64,000 nt of DNA, taken from the IMG/VR virus record IMGVR_UViG_3300017992_000735. The stretch is one strand, 5' to 3'. Below, in pieces: positions 1-9,554 of this stretch. The translations under genes and the position numbers were made by a program. A model generated the notes under the pieces. That model had not been told where the DNA came from. It did no database searches and was given only the letters and a program-made list of their open reading frames with translations. The stretch's first letter is position 1; every line of letters begins with the position of its first letter. The DNA comes from an uncultured virus (IMG/VR IMGVR_UViG_3300017992_000735) (Duplodnaviria > Heunggongvirae > Uroviricota > Caudoviricetes).

Positions 1-683
1 CTGGTCTCCATATTACATCGAGGACAATAGAGCTTAACGAACGACTTGGTAGTGGATAAGTTTACATTCACTGCATTGAACTCCTTTCTCACGAGCAGTG
101 TGTTCTGTTTTTCTTCTGCAACTGGGGCAGTAGATTTTCATTCCCAACACTCCCTACCTTGTAGTGTAGCAGGAACAAACACGTTGTGCTTCCTGCACCA
201 TAACTTAACTCTATCCTGGTTGGTGACTTTCCATTCGGAGTGCCTACAGTCATCACAGAGTTTTTTCTGTTCTCTTTTGTTTTGGTGGGCAGTTAGTTCT
301 ACCACAGCCATGTTCTTTAATCCATTCTAAATCCTTCTTGTCACGGACTCGGATTAGGCCCCGGCAATGAGGGCAGTTCATTGTTTTTTCTTCTGGCATC
401 CACAGCCTTCTTTTTCGATCTCCTCGGCTCGTTTAGTGGTCATTGCCAGAACCGGTTGCCCACATCTGGGACAAGCGACCAATTCGGGATTTCCTTCAAC
501 TATTGTACTCATCTTAATCATTCTCACAAAGAAGATCCAGCATTTCTTGCTGCTCCTCTATAGTGGCCATTAGTTCTGCGATAGTGCGCGCAGTGTCCAA
601 CAAATAGAGTTCGATTATAAGTGACCGCTGCTCCTTTTCTTTTGGATCTAACTTGTCAATTAGTTGAGCTAAATCTGACTTCA

Positions 684-821
684 TTGTGAATCAATTATAA
701 CATGACATTTGAGTTTGTCAAGAGGCCGAACCTTAAAATTTTCAGAACCCACCAAATTGCCTCTTGACAACTGGAGTATTTTGTGTTATAATGTTTATGC
801 AATAAAATGAAAGGAGTAGAC
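684..821. promoter_or_regulatory. Divergent pair of repeated sigma70-type phage promoters (class I cassette)
   Basis: Plus strand: TTGACA 764-769, 17 nt, TATAAT 787-792, then AATGAAAGGAG RBS. Minus strand: TTGACA 721-716 and TATAAT 699-694, preceded by AAAATTTTAAGGTTCGGCCTC. Confidence 0.85.
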
Positions 822-824
822 AAT

Positions 825-953
825 ATGTGTGAGTGCATAGCAGGGCGAGAGTTTGTCAGTCAAGTAGTTACAGCAGAAGGTATTTGGACATTTTATCGTT
901 GTGTAGAGTGTGGCGCTCTCATCGAAGAGTGGGAACCTACAGAGGAACAGTAG
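825..953 (+). CDS. Small Cys-containing hypothetical protein (42 aa)
   Basis: ATG after AAGGAG RBS, directly downstream of the promoter; contains CxC and CxxC. Translated by hand. Confidence 0.55.
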   Translation: MCECIAGREFVSQVVTAEGIWTFYRCVECGALIEEWEPTEEQ

Positions 954-955
954 TC

Positions 956-1171
956 GTGGCAACTCTAATCCGAGTATTCGAAAACGGCAAGTGTATCGGC
1001 CGCTGCGACGCCTCCTGCTACAACGCCAAACACGAAAAATGTGTCTGCTGTTGTGGTGGGAGAAACCACGGCAAGGGCCTAGACGCTGCAATTGAAAATA
1101 CGAGAGAAATGCTGGACGAGCTGGTCGGGGCGGAAATCGGCCAGGAAGTCCTGCAGATGAGATTGTTTTGA
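956..1171 (+). CDS. Cys-rich hypothetical phage protein
   Basis: C-terminal part of ORF 833..1171 (CDASCYNAKHEKCVCCCGGRNHG); GTG start follows the previous stop. Confidence 0.6.
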   Translation: MATLIRVFENGKCIGRCDASCYNAKHEKCVCCCGGRNHGKGLDAAIENTREMLDELVGAEIGQEVLQMRLF

Positions 1172-1184
1172 AAGGAGGTTACGC

Positions 1185-1553
1185 ATGCCTAGGAAAGCAA
1201 GATTCAAAGGCGGTCCAGTCTGGCTAAATTCTGGAGGTAGCGGCCCTGATGACTACCTACTGAAACCAATCGAGGGCGGTCGTTGGACATATGTCATTTT
1301 CCGCTTTGGCCGGAATTTTCGCTGGTCTCAAGACGGTAGGATTGAGAACCTGAAGGAGGCGCAGGCGAACGGAGCTGCTGATAAGGAAGTCATGGATCAT
1401 ATTTTCCCAATCAAGCAGATTTGTGTACCTGACAACGCTGCTCGATACCGTAGAATGAAGGAACGCGGGAGTGTTCCTACAATGAATGCTACTGAGTTTT
1501 GGGAGCGATACAAAGACAAGCTCGTGGTGCAGTATTGGAGGTCAGGATGGTAG
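1185..1553 (+). CDS. Hypothetical protein
   Basis: Strong AAGGAGG RBS; 122 aa ORF. Confidence 0.65.
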   Translation: MPRKARFKGGPVWLNSGGSGPDDYLLKPIEGGRWTYVIFRFGRNFRWSQDGRIENLKEAQANGAADKEVMDHIFPIKQICVPDNAARYRRMKERGSVPTMNATEFWERYKDKLVVQYWRSGW

Positions 1554-1693
1554 TGGAAATTTTCTCAAAGAAAGCATTTGAGCAAACTCTCCCCACCCAC
1601 CGACTGACAGATGAGAGGCTTGTGGGTTCCTTTAGAAACTCCGGAACCCCCAACTGACTATCAGATGTCTCTGATATATGAGGAGGATTGAAA

Positions 1694-1963
1694 ATGGGCA
1701 AAACATTCAACGTCTCAAGATCAGTTGAGAGCAGAGTCATAGGCCGCCCCACTCAGCAGGCTGGCTATCTATTAGACCAACTAGATGCTAGAGGCCGGCA
1801 AGGTCCTTGTGAGAATTGTGTTTTCTATAGAGGTCAGCCAGGACTCTATTGCCTCCGGTATGGAGACTGTTTTCCAGAGACTAAAGTCTTGTGGCGGGAA
1901 CGGGTTGAGGGTGTTACTTATGGTCATCAAGATACTCGGTGTATTCTAGAGAAAGGAGGGTAG
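1694..1963 (+). CDS. Hypothetical protein with CxxC
   Basis: GGAGGA RBS; CENCVFY motif. Confidence 0.55.
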   Translation: MGKTFNVSRSVESRVIGRPTQQAGYLLDQLDARGRQGPCENCVFYRGQPGLYCLRYGDCFPETKVLWRERVEGVTYGHQDTRCILEKGG

Positions 1964-2094
1964 TATGACGGAGTTAGAAATTGTTATGAGGTATACTGGT
2001 TGGGCAAAACAGGTAGCCCAGGCAGCAATTTCTCAGTGGAAGAAACATGACCCTACTTGGTCTGCTAACTACATACTGGAATATATGAGGAGTG

Positions 2095-2168
2095 AAAATT
2101 TTAAGGCTCGACCTCTTGACGTTTGAGTTGTTTTGTATTATAATGTAAGTACAACAATGAAAGGAGGT
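2095..2168 (+). promoter_or_regulatory. Class I promoter cassette upstream of the helicase
   Basis: AAAATTTTAAGGCTCGACCTC, TTGACG 2116-2121, 17 nt, TATAAT 2139-2144, CAATGAAAGGAGG. Confidence 0.85.
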
Positions 2169-2169
2169 C

Positions 2170-4674
2170 TTGAGAATGGAAGTTCCTAATTGCCCCAATT
2201 GCGGGGCCGAAATGGTTGAGCGGTCTGGAAAGTACGGAGACTTTTGGGGTTGTCCCAAATACCCCAAGTGTCGTGGAACCAGACCTCGGAATGACAAACC
2301 AACTTTTGGGAAGAAGGAAGTCAAGGAGTTCACTCCTTCCAAGTACCAGGAGGCGATTTTCGAGTTTGTCAAGTCTGGCAAAGGTAACGCCGTAGTTGAG
2401 GCTGTAGCAGGTTCGGGCAAGACAACGACTATCATCGAGGCTCTCAAATTCACTCCGGAGGATGCTCGAGTGGCTTTTGTCGCGTTCAACCGAGCCATTG
2501 CGCTCGAACTGGCAGACCGAGCTCCTCAGCATGTCCAGGTCCGGACACTTCACTCCTTAGGATTGAAAAACTACACTGATTGGTTGGGAGCTAAACCTCA
2601 GGTGGACTCCAAAAAGGTCCGGAACATCTTGGAGAGCCTTCTGACAGACGATGACTGGGAGATGGCTTCGCCCCTGAGTAAAGCAGTCAGCTTGGCCAAG
2701 GCGACACTGACGGATCCCAATGACCCAATCGCCCTCGAGTCAATGTGTGATAGATACGGCATTGAACTCAACGGGTATGGAATGAAAATGTTTCGGCTTA
2801 TTCCTGAGGTTTTGGAAAGGTGCAAACGGATGACGGGGGTGGTAGATTTTGATGACATGCCATGGCTTCCGGTGGTGCTCGACATCCCCTGTCAGAAGTT
2901 TGATTATTTGTTCGTGGACGAGTGTCTCCCCTATCACATGCCTGTTCTTCTCTCGGATGGGACCTCGATGCCTATTGGAAAAATTGTAGAGGATGAGTTG
3001 CCTTTAGAAGTTCTATCCTACGATACAACTACGAAACAGCAAAAACCTTGTAGGGTAACAGGTTGGCATAAAGTGCCCAATCGAAAGCCTTTGGTCAAAG
3101 TTTCGGTTAGAGAGCTAAAAGGAAGTAAACATGGCCCACGTAGTTTCGTTGTGTGTACCGTTGACCATAAAATCTGGGCAGACGGAAAATGGATAGATGC
3201 CGAAAAATTACTGCCAGGAATGATAGTACAAGTGGAAACCTCAGCACAACGTACCCAAAGGTACAAAATTGCAGGAGAAGGTCAACGCAGGTTAAGTGAG
3301 AAAATGAGGGAGTCAAACAGTTTAGGAAAGACAGGATCATATTGCCCCCCAAAAGGCGCTCCATGGCCAGGAGAGAGAGGAGGAAACGGTGCTAGGTTGC
3401 CCTTTCCTCAGCAGATCCTCCTTGAAGCATTAGGAGACGGGTGGACCCCCGAGTTTTGCATTCCAACAGGAATTAAAAGATTTGGCTCCTACAAGGTTGG
3501 ATTTGTTCATTCTCGACCCCTTCCTGTTCACTACAAAATTGATATAGCCAATCCAGAGTTGAAGATTGCAGTTGAAGTTGATGGGCCGGCGCACGAGAAG
3601 ATGCAAGAAACTGATGAAAAGAAAGACAACTTTCTTCGAGAGATTGGGTGGAAAGTGGTTCGTGTAACAAACATGGAGGCAGTTAAGTGCACAGAAAGAA
3701 TTGTATCGGAGATACATACACTTTCTGATTGTCCTACAGACTACTATGTTTATAAAGTCGAGCCAATCAATATAAAGGGTTACTACGTGTACGACATATC
3801 AGTTGAGGATTGTCATAACTTCTATGCAAATGGCATTTTGGTTCACAACTGTCAGGATCTCAACAAGGCCCAGATTGAGCTGGCTCTAAGGTCAGTCGCC
3901 GAGGGCGGTCGAGTGATAGCTGTGGGTGATAGAAACCAGTCAATTTATGGGTTCCGCGGGGCCGACATTGAAGCGATCCCAAGAGTCATCAAAACCTTGA
4001 ATGCCAAAACGCTCCCACTGAGCATCTCCTACAGGTGTCCAAGGGCGGTTGTTGAGCTGGCCCAGACTCTTGTACCAGAGATCGAGGCGGCAGAGAAGGC
4101 CAGAGAAGGAGTTGTGGACTTTGCTGCAATGAGGCAGGCACTGGGCGATATGGAGACAGGGGATATGGTCCTTTGTCGGACGAACGCTCCTTTGGTGGAG
4201 GTGGCCTATTCGCTCATCCGGTCAGGACAAAAAGCCGTTATGAGGGGTAGGGATATTGGGAAGGGTCTTATTCACATCGTCAAGAAAATGAAAGCTAGTT
4301 CAATACATGATTTCTGGACGAAACTCCGAGCGTATGAGGCCAGGGAAACGGGCAAGCTCCTTCGCCTTGAGAAGCTCAATCAGTTACAATCGTTGCAAGA
4401 CAAGTTAGACACAATCGTAGCCATCGGAGAGGACGTTGAGACAGTGGATGAGCTGGTTCACAAGATTGAGGGGCTTTTTTCCGACGAGATTGAGGGAGTG
4501 GTTTGTTCGTCAGTGCACCGGGCAAAAGGCCTCGAAGCAGACCGAGTTTTTATCATCCGTAGAGACCTGATGCCCCATCCCATGGCACAGTCGCCGTGGG
4601 AGCTGGTGCAAGAAAAGAATCTGGAATACGTAGCAATAACCAGATCAAAGAATGAGCTAATATTCGTGGAGTAA
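2170..4674 (+). CDS. UvrD/Rep-like SF1 helicase with N-terminal topoisomerase-type C4 zinc finger; contains an intein
   Basis: CPNCG..FWGCPKYPKC zinc finger; Walker A AVAGSGKT; VGDRNQSIYGFRGAD; SVHRAKGLE; YVAITRSK. Confidence 0.92.
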   Translation: MRMEVPNCPNCGAEMVERSGKYGDFWGCPKYPKCRGTRPRNDKPTFGKKEVKEFTPSKYQEAIFEFVKSGKGNAVVEAVAGSGKTTTIIEALKFTPEDARVAFVAFNRAIALELADRAPQHVQVRTLHSLGLKNYTDWLGAKPQVDSKKVRNILESLLTDDDWEMASPLSKAVSLAKATLTDPNDPIALESMCDRYGIELNGYGMKMFRLIPEVLERCKRMTGVVDFDDMPWLPVVLDIPCQKFDYLFVDECLPYHMPVLLSDGTSMPIGKIVEDELPLEVLSYDTTTKQQKPCRVTGWHKVPNRKPLVKVSVRELKGSKHGPRSFVVCTVDHKIWADGKWIDAEKLLPGMIVQVETSAQRTQRYKIAGEGQRRLSEKMRESNSLGKTGSYCPPKGAPWPGERGGNGARLPFPQQILLEALGDGWTPEFCIPTGIKRFGSYKVGFVHSRPLPVHYKIDIANPELKIAVEVDGPAHEKMQETDEKKDNFLREIGWKVVRVTNMEAVKCTERIVSEIHTLSDCPTDYYVYKVEPINIKGYYVYDISVEDCHNFYANGILVHNCQDLNKAQIELALRSVAEGGRVIAVGDRNQSIYGFRGADIEAIPRVIKTLNAKTLPLSISYRCPRAVVELAQTLVPEIEAAEKAREGVVDFAAMRQALGDMETGDMVLCRTNAPLVEVAYSLIRSGQKAVMRGRDIGKGLIHIVKKMKASSIHDFWTKLRAYEARETGKLLRLEKLNQLQSLQDKLDTIVAIGEDVETVDELVHKIEGLFSDEIEGVVCSSVHRAKGLEADRVFIIRRDLMPHPMAQSPWELVQEKNLEYVAITRSKNELIFVE
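2923..3849 (+). mobile_element. Intein (309 aa) with Vsr/DUF559-like endonuclease, inserted in Walker B (DE|CQD)
   Basis: Starts CLPYHMPV, ends HNFYANGILVHN, +1 residue is Cys; block B CTVDHKIW; internal DIANPELKIAVEVDGPAH..KDNFLREIGWKVVRV. Confidence 0.92.
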
Positions 4675-4690
4675 AAGAAAGGAGAGAGCA

Positions 4691-4984
4691 ATGGAAACCG
4701 TGAGACTCAAAAACGGAACAGAGGAAGACAAGCCATCAGTTGTGATGACGATGATGAGCCTAGAGCATGTCATGGATGAAAGGCCGCTGGCACTATATGA
4801 TCTCGCGATGATGTGCCGTGACCGCAACTATGAGCCTTTCGGATCGAATGGCAGCTACCTCAAAGACCTAAACTTGGTTGACCAGGATGGCTCAATTCAT
4901 AACTCCATCCGTAATATTGTCTTATCTGCCATAAGTGGCGATGGTTTGGACATAGTTTTGAGAAATCCAGTTGCCAAGGTGTAA
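4691..4984 (+). CDS. Hypothetical protein
   Basis: AAGGAG RBS; 97 aa. Confidence 0.65.
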   Translation: METVRLKNGTEEDKPSVVMTMMSLEHVMDERPLALYDLAMMCRDRNYEPFGSNGSYLKDLNLVDQDGSIHNSIRNIVLSAISGDGLDIVLRNPVAKV

Positions 4985-5237
4985 CTGGAAGGAGGAAAAA
5001 TGAAAACTGTCTACAACCGCAAAACGAAAAATGGGAAAGTTCACCAAGTGAAGGAGGAGGAAAAATGAGAATCCTATTGCCCTTACTGTATGACTCGCAC
5101 AACACAGTACCAAACGACGATCTCATTATAGAGCTTGTGGCTGATCGCATCCAACTTGAGTTGGGAGATCGAGAGATTCAGGTATCCAAATTTGAGTTCC
5201 TACAGGTAAGCAAGTTGTTAGAGGAGGAGAGTAATCA

Positions 5238-5426
5238 ATGAAAGCGAGCAGGGGCGATACATGTTGTGTTTGTGAAGGACCTGCGGTGGAGAAATCTTTT
5301 GACGGCACTGGTTGGTGTCAGATTCATCTCTCAGATTGGAATGCATTTCTTCGATGGGAACGTGTGAACTACAATAGCTTGGATGAAACCTTCTCAGCGT
5401 GGTTGGAGCAAGTTAAATCATGCTAA
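5238..5426 (+). CDS. Small Zn-finger-like hypothetical protein
   Basis: GGAGGAG RBS; CCVC...WCQIH. Confidence 0.55.
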   Translation: MKASRGDTCCVCEGPAVEKSFDGTGWCQIHLSDWNAFLRWERVNYNSLDETFSAWLEQVKSC

Positions 5427-6250
5427 TGAAAATCCTTGTACTTCTGGTTATGATCCTGTGGTTGGTAGCCAGTCTTCCTCAAACGAGATTTATCTGGGTC
5501 CCCGACTACAGCCAGAGGAACTTCGACTGGGTCGCTGCCAACCTAAGGGCGGTTATCATTGACTTCCTTCCGCTAGTGGTGGTGTTTGTTGAAAGCCAAC
5601 TTCTCAGCAAACACACCGACCGAGCAAGGCGTTCTTTCAACCGCAGGGATGATAAAGAGGAACTTGACTTTGACATTTGGAAGCAATCCTACCCAACCAT
5701 AGAGAAAACAGTCGCCAAACAGATGCCTAGACTTTTTATCGCATCGACTCTAGTGATCTCTGTTAGCTATTGGGCTTACTACACTGAGTTTGGTCGGGAC
5801 TTGGCTCTATATGAGATTCCTTATGTGGGGGGAGTTGTCAAGTTTCTGGTGCTGGTTGTCTATCTGACCATTAGTGCACTCTTCACCTACGGTTGGGGTA
5901 AGTTGATGAGTGCGTTTGAGGTAGACACAGTCTTGGAGGATTTCGGGAAGTGGCTGGCTAAAACCTTTAGCAAACCTAAATCTAAGGGTAGTCAAACATT
6001 GGCAAAGGTTTCATCTGAAGATAAACCTAAACCAAAGGTTTCAGTAAGGGTTATAGTCAAAAGGCGTAGGGAAACTATATTTAAACTTCTACTTGAAAAC
6101 GTTGAGCAAGACTCAGAACAACTCGCTAAAAGGTTTGGAGTTTCCTCCCAAACTATTAGAAATGACTACAAAGCTTTAGAGAAAGAGAACAAAATTTTAT
6201 ATGAGCGAGGTAAGGTTACAATAAAGGAAGAGCCCAAAGGAGATTTCTAA
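5420..6250 (+). CDS. Membrane protein with C-terminal DeoR-type HTH
   Basis: About four hydrophobic segments; LAKRFGVSSQTIRNDYKALE helix-turn-helix. Confidence 0.7.
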   Translation: MLMKILVLLVMILWLVASLPQTRFIWVPDYSQRNFDWVAANLRAVIIDFLPLVVVFVESQLLSKHTDRARRSFNRRDDKEELDFDIWKQSYPTIEKTVAKQMPRLFIASTLVISVSYWAYYTEFGRDLALYEIPYVGGVVKFLVLVVYLTISALFTYGWGKLMSAFEVDTVLEDFGKWLAKTFSKPKSKGSQTLAKVSSEDKPKPKVSVRVIVKRRRETIFKLLLENVEQDSEQLAKRFGVSSQTIRNDYKALEKENKILYERGKVTIKEEPKGDF

Positions 6251-6505
6251 ATGGGAATAAAACCACCTGATGTAACACACCCGTTTCCCACCCCGTCAAT
6301 GATAAAACGAGGTGGGAACCTACACGTCCAAACACAAGAAGACGGTTGGCTAGTTTGGCAACCCGGGCATGAAGCACACCTAGTAAAGAAGGAAAAGCTC
6401 TTCTACACTTGTGACTGCACTGGGTTCCAAATGAGAGGCGTCTGTTCTCATATTGCGGCAGTGAGGATCAAACAAGGCGAGCTAAACAGGGAAGCGCTAT
6501 TCTAA
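6251..6505 (+). CDS. SWIM zinc-finger protein
   Basis: CDC..F....CSHIAAV (CxCxnCxH pattern). Confidence 0.8.
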   Translation: MGIKPPDVTHPFPTPSMIKRGGNLHVQTQEDGWLVWQPGHEAHLVKKEKLFYTCDCTGFQMRGVCSHIAAVRIKQGELNREALF

Positions 6506-6527
6506 TTCCTCCCCCTGAGGTGGGGTC

Positions 6528-6628
6528 TCAGTTTGTATCAATCAAAGTTTGCAACCACAACTGCTCCGCCAGTGTTTTGGCGCACGGTTCGCAATTTGGA
6601 TTAGCGCCGTCAATTCTTGTCTGGTCAT
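6528..6628 (-). pseudogene. Frameshifted paralog of the small ORF at 7934-8086
   Basis: MTRQELTALIQIANRAPK continues as TLAEQLWLQTLI only if one A is added to the A4 run (6575-6578); resembles EQELMALVQLLNRTPMSQAELMWAQSLL. Confidence 0.5.
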
Positions 6629-6645
6629 TTTTTGTCAAATCCTTT

Positions 6646-7956
6646 CTAGGATGGTGTCAATCCAGTGGTATGGAAAAAGTCTATGCAAGCCACGCGAGTA
6701 CCGGAGGCACTCGCGGATGTTCTCTTATAGGAAATCCCAATTCTGGAGGCTGCCGAACCCCAATTGTCCAAATCGCCGATATTGCTACCAAGAAATGTCA
6801 AGCGATTATATGGGGCATCGCCAAATCCGTAATAGACATAGATAACATTGGGTGCACCCGCTGTAATACGGATAGCAACCGGACCGCACGGGATGGTGCT
6901 CAACAATGTGCTAGAAGTGATACCCCCGCCATTTTCCTGATACCTTCGCTTTATATCCATTGTGGTCTGGCCATCTGTATGACTGACAATCAATTCCCCA
7001 AAATCATTTTCGTTGGCATCACTGCCAGCATCTATGCGGATAGCTACATCTGAACCCCAAACGCTTGCGACTCGCATGTAAACTTCCCAATCGCCACCGG
7101 ACGGATCACCAATGCTCCGATAGCGATAAAAGAAGTCATTTTGAACACTATCGGTCAGCAACACACAGCTCTCAGGAATTGCCGAAAAGTCTAGGCCATC
7201 TGGTGTACCATCAAAAACAGCTCCGCCAGCCCACCCAGTAGTTAGCCACTCAAAATCACTCCCGTCAAAATCCTCTTGTGGATCAATTAGGAAATTATGC
7301 GCCCTTTTGAATAGCCCCGCCTCATCCTTCTCAGCATACACATCCCCCGCCACATAGACGGCCCCCCACCCATGCGTGGCATCCCCCAAGTCCACATCAT
7401 TGTCTGTATTTGGGTACAGCTTGCCATCTACCAAGTGGATTTGGTCAGCGGCGGCCACCTCAAAATCCATCCTGCCGCCCGTTGGATCACTGATGCTAGT
7501 TTCCTGGGCAGCATCTAATTGTAGACAGTCTGCAACGCCCCCAAGCCACAAAGGGCCTTTCCAGACCTGTATTTTCCCAGAGGCATAAACAGTAAACAGA
7601 TCGGCGCCAGTAGAGTCCTGTGTAAAAAGATAGCTGTCTTGCTGGTCACACAATTTCCACCCCACAGAGCTGTTCCCGGCCACTGCGTCGTCAGCCAGGT
7701 AGAATATGGCCGTATCATCATTGCTTCCACCCACAAATTGCAACTGCGGACTATCCCCCGCACCGTCATCTAGGACGACATTGACTGTCGAAGTAAGTGC
7801 GCTCGCATCCAGCGTTGCAACATCAGACCCGCCAGCCTCAAAATCTATCTGGTCATCGGTAGGTGCTGATAGCGTGGTATCACCGTCGGTATCCAGAATC
7901 ACGGCATCGGCGTTGCCGTCAACATCCACTGCATCAACTGTTATCTTGCTTGACAT
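6646..7956 (-). CDS. Tail fibre / receptor-binding protein
   Basis: Last large gene of the tail module; D/G/T-rich repeats (LDTDGDTTLSAPTDDQIDF, PNTDNDVDLG). Confidence 0.65.
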   Translation of the reverse strand: MSSKITVDAVDVDGNADAVILDTDGDTTLSAPTDDQIDFEAGGSDVATLDASALTSTVNVVLDDGAGDSPQLQFVGGSNDDTAIFYLADDAVAGNSSVGWKLCDQQDSYLFTQDSTGADLFTVYASGKIQVWKGPLWLGGVADCLQLDAAQETSISDPTGGRMDFEVAAADQIHLVDGKLYPNTDNDVDLGDATHGWGAVYVAGDVYAEKDEAGLFKRAHNFLIDPQEDFDGSDFEWLTTGWAGGAVFDGTPDGLDFSAIPESCVLLTDSVQNDFFYRYRSIGDPSGGDWEVYMRVASVWGSDVAIRIDAGSDANENDFGELIVSHTDGQTTMDIKRRYQENGGGITSSTLLSTIPCGPVAIRITAGAPNVIYVYYGFGDAPYNRLTFLGSNIGDLDNWGSAASRIGISYKRTSASASGTRVACIDFFHTTGLTPS

Positions 7957-8086
7957 TTGTATCCTCCTTTGCTGCGGCTGCCCGCAGCTTGTTGAGTAGG
8001 CTCTGCGCCCACATGAGTTCCGCCTGCGACATTGGCGTCCTGTTGAGTAGCTGCACTAGTGCCATGAGTTCTTGTTCGTTTAGGAT
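7934..8086 (-). CDS. Small fibre-associated protein (possible ATC start; alternative ATG at 8065)
   Basis: Fills the gap between two fibre genes; AAGGAG lies 8 nt before ATC; paralog remnant at 6528-6628. Confidence 0.5.
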   Translation of the reverse strand: MLNEQELMALVQLLNRTPMSQAELMWAQSLLNKLRAAAAKEDTNVKQDNS

Positions 8087-8105
8087 GTGGGTTTCTCCTT
8101 ATAGG

Positions 8106-9554
8106 TTAAACCCACATTAGCCACAGTGCAACCTTGAACGTGTCCGCTCCCGCTGTTCTTTGTACCCAAACACTGCCATCGGCGTTTACTGACAACGCCA
8201 CGGTATCTACACCATCGTCATAGATATTATAGCTTTCTCCGGGTTCTAACCAGCACTGGTGCTGCTCCTTCCCCGCTCCTGTGTTCTCGGTAGCAATCGA
8301 GTTCGCCCACATTACCTCCGTTACGTCCTCAGACCCGTTGGTAATGACACCTGTGGCAATATTATCAACGGCGCTGTAGTCCCAGTGCATAGCGCCGCTA
8401 CAGAGCCTATAAGAATAGAACCTTACCGACCCATACTGAGTAAGTTGTGCCTCATTTCCATCGTCATCCATATAGAACAGTTCGGTATCGGCGCTAACAT
8501 CTTTGGCATAGAGTCGACCTTCGTTGGCTGCATTGGTTGGAGCAGTCGCCTCAGACAACGCCAGAGTCCCGTCCTGGTCGGCAACAGAAGTTCCTAGGCC
8601 AATGCGATTGGGGATTATCTCATCGCCGCCCTCGGCTGCGGAGCTGTGGTCGTGGACAGCATCGGACCATATGTTATCCCAATCTAACTGACCACCTTGG
8701 CCTGCCGCGGCAGTATGGGCGTGGTCTCCCAAAGTAACTGTTACATTTCCGCCTGCCCCACCATCTGCGATGCTAATACCGGTCCCCTGAGTGAGGATTC
8801 TCTCTTGAGTTAGAGTAGCGTCGGCCGCCAGAGTCACGTATTGGGCATCAGTGGGAGCCCCTCCCCCACCTCCACCCGCTCCTTCCCAACAGTGCCCAAC
8901 GAGAAACGCGTCCACAGTACCAGAAGAACCCGCAGCATTCGCAGTGAGAGCAACCCCGAAAACTCCTTGGTCGAACGTTGCAGTGGGTGTAGCAAACCCT
9001 CTTGCAGCACTAGTCTTGAGAAACTGCCCGCGAGTGACGTTCCCATCCACATAGACAGGAGCTCGGCCTAGGACTGCAACCTGGACGAGTGACCCAGAGG
9101 CTCCGCCGACCAAAACAACCCCAGCTACATCTATATCTCCCGAGGAGGTAGTGGTGGTGACGGAATTGTCCTTAGTGGAATCGAAGACCACTACCTCGCC
9201 TAACGACAACGTTCCTGTGGCATTGTTCGTGTACTCAGCCCGGAGGCAATCAGATCCCAAGTTCCAGTTAGAAGTTGACCAAATCACAGAACCGCCGGGT
9301 TTGAAAACCTCCCACCGCATTGAGCGAGGGTCGTAGAGCACATCCACGTAGTCCCCAACTGCGATTGAAAATAGTTTCTTCCAGCCGCATTGCTGGTTGG
9401 TTCCGCCCGAGATTTGACAAACGATATACCCGTCATCTGCATCGGCAACACTAGTGACCAAGCATCCTGGGTACCAAACCAACTGAGTTAGCCATTGGTG
9501 GAGAGAGTCTATTAAACTATCTACTGCATTTCGCACACTGACTTCATCAGACAT
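8106..9554 (-). CDS. Tail fibre/spike-like structural protein with DUF2190-like segment
   Basis: Tail-end position; GEVVVF..VAGVV..VQVAVLG..GQFL..GVAL module; GAPTDAQYVTLA fibre motif. Confidence 0.6.
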   Translation of the reverse strand: MSDEVSVRNAVDSLIDSLHQWLTQLVWYPGCLVTSVADADDGYIVCQISGGTNQQCGWKKLFSIAVGDYVDVLYDPRSMRWEVFKPGGSVIWSTSNWNLGSDCLRAEYTNNATGTLSLGEVVVFDSTKDNSVTTTTSSGDIDVAGVVLVGGASGSLVQVAVLGRAPVYVDGNVTRGQFLKTSAARGFATPTATFDQGVFGVALTANAAGSSGTVDAFLVGHCWEGAGGGGGGAPTDAQYVTLAADATLTQERILTQGTGISIADGGAGGNVTVTLGDHAHTAAAGQGGQLDWDNIWSDAVHDHSSAAEGGDEIIPNRIGLGTSVADQDGTLALSEATAPTNAANEGRLYAKDVSADTELFYMDDDGNEAQLTQYGSVRFYSYRLCSGAMHWDYSAVDNIATGVITNGSEDVTEVMWANSIATENTGAGKEQHQCWLEPGESYNIYDDGVDTVALSVNADGSVWVQRTAGADTFKVALWLMWV

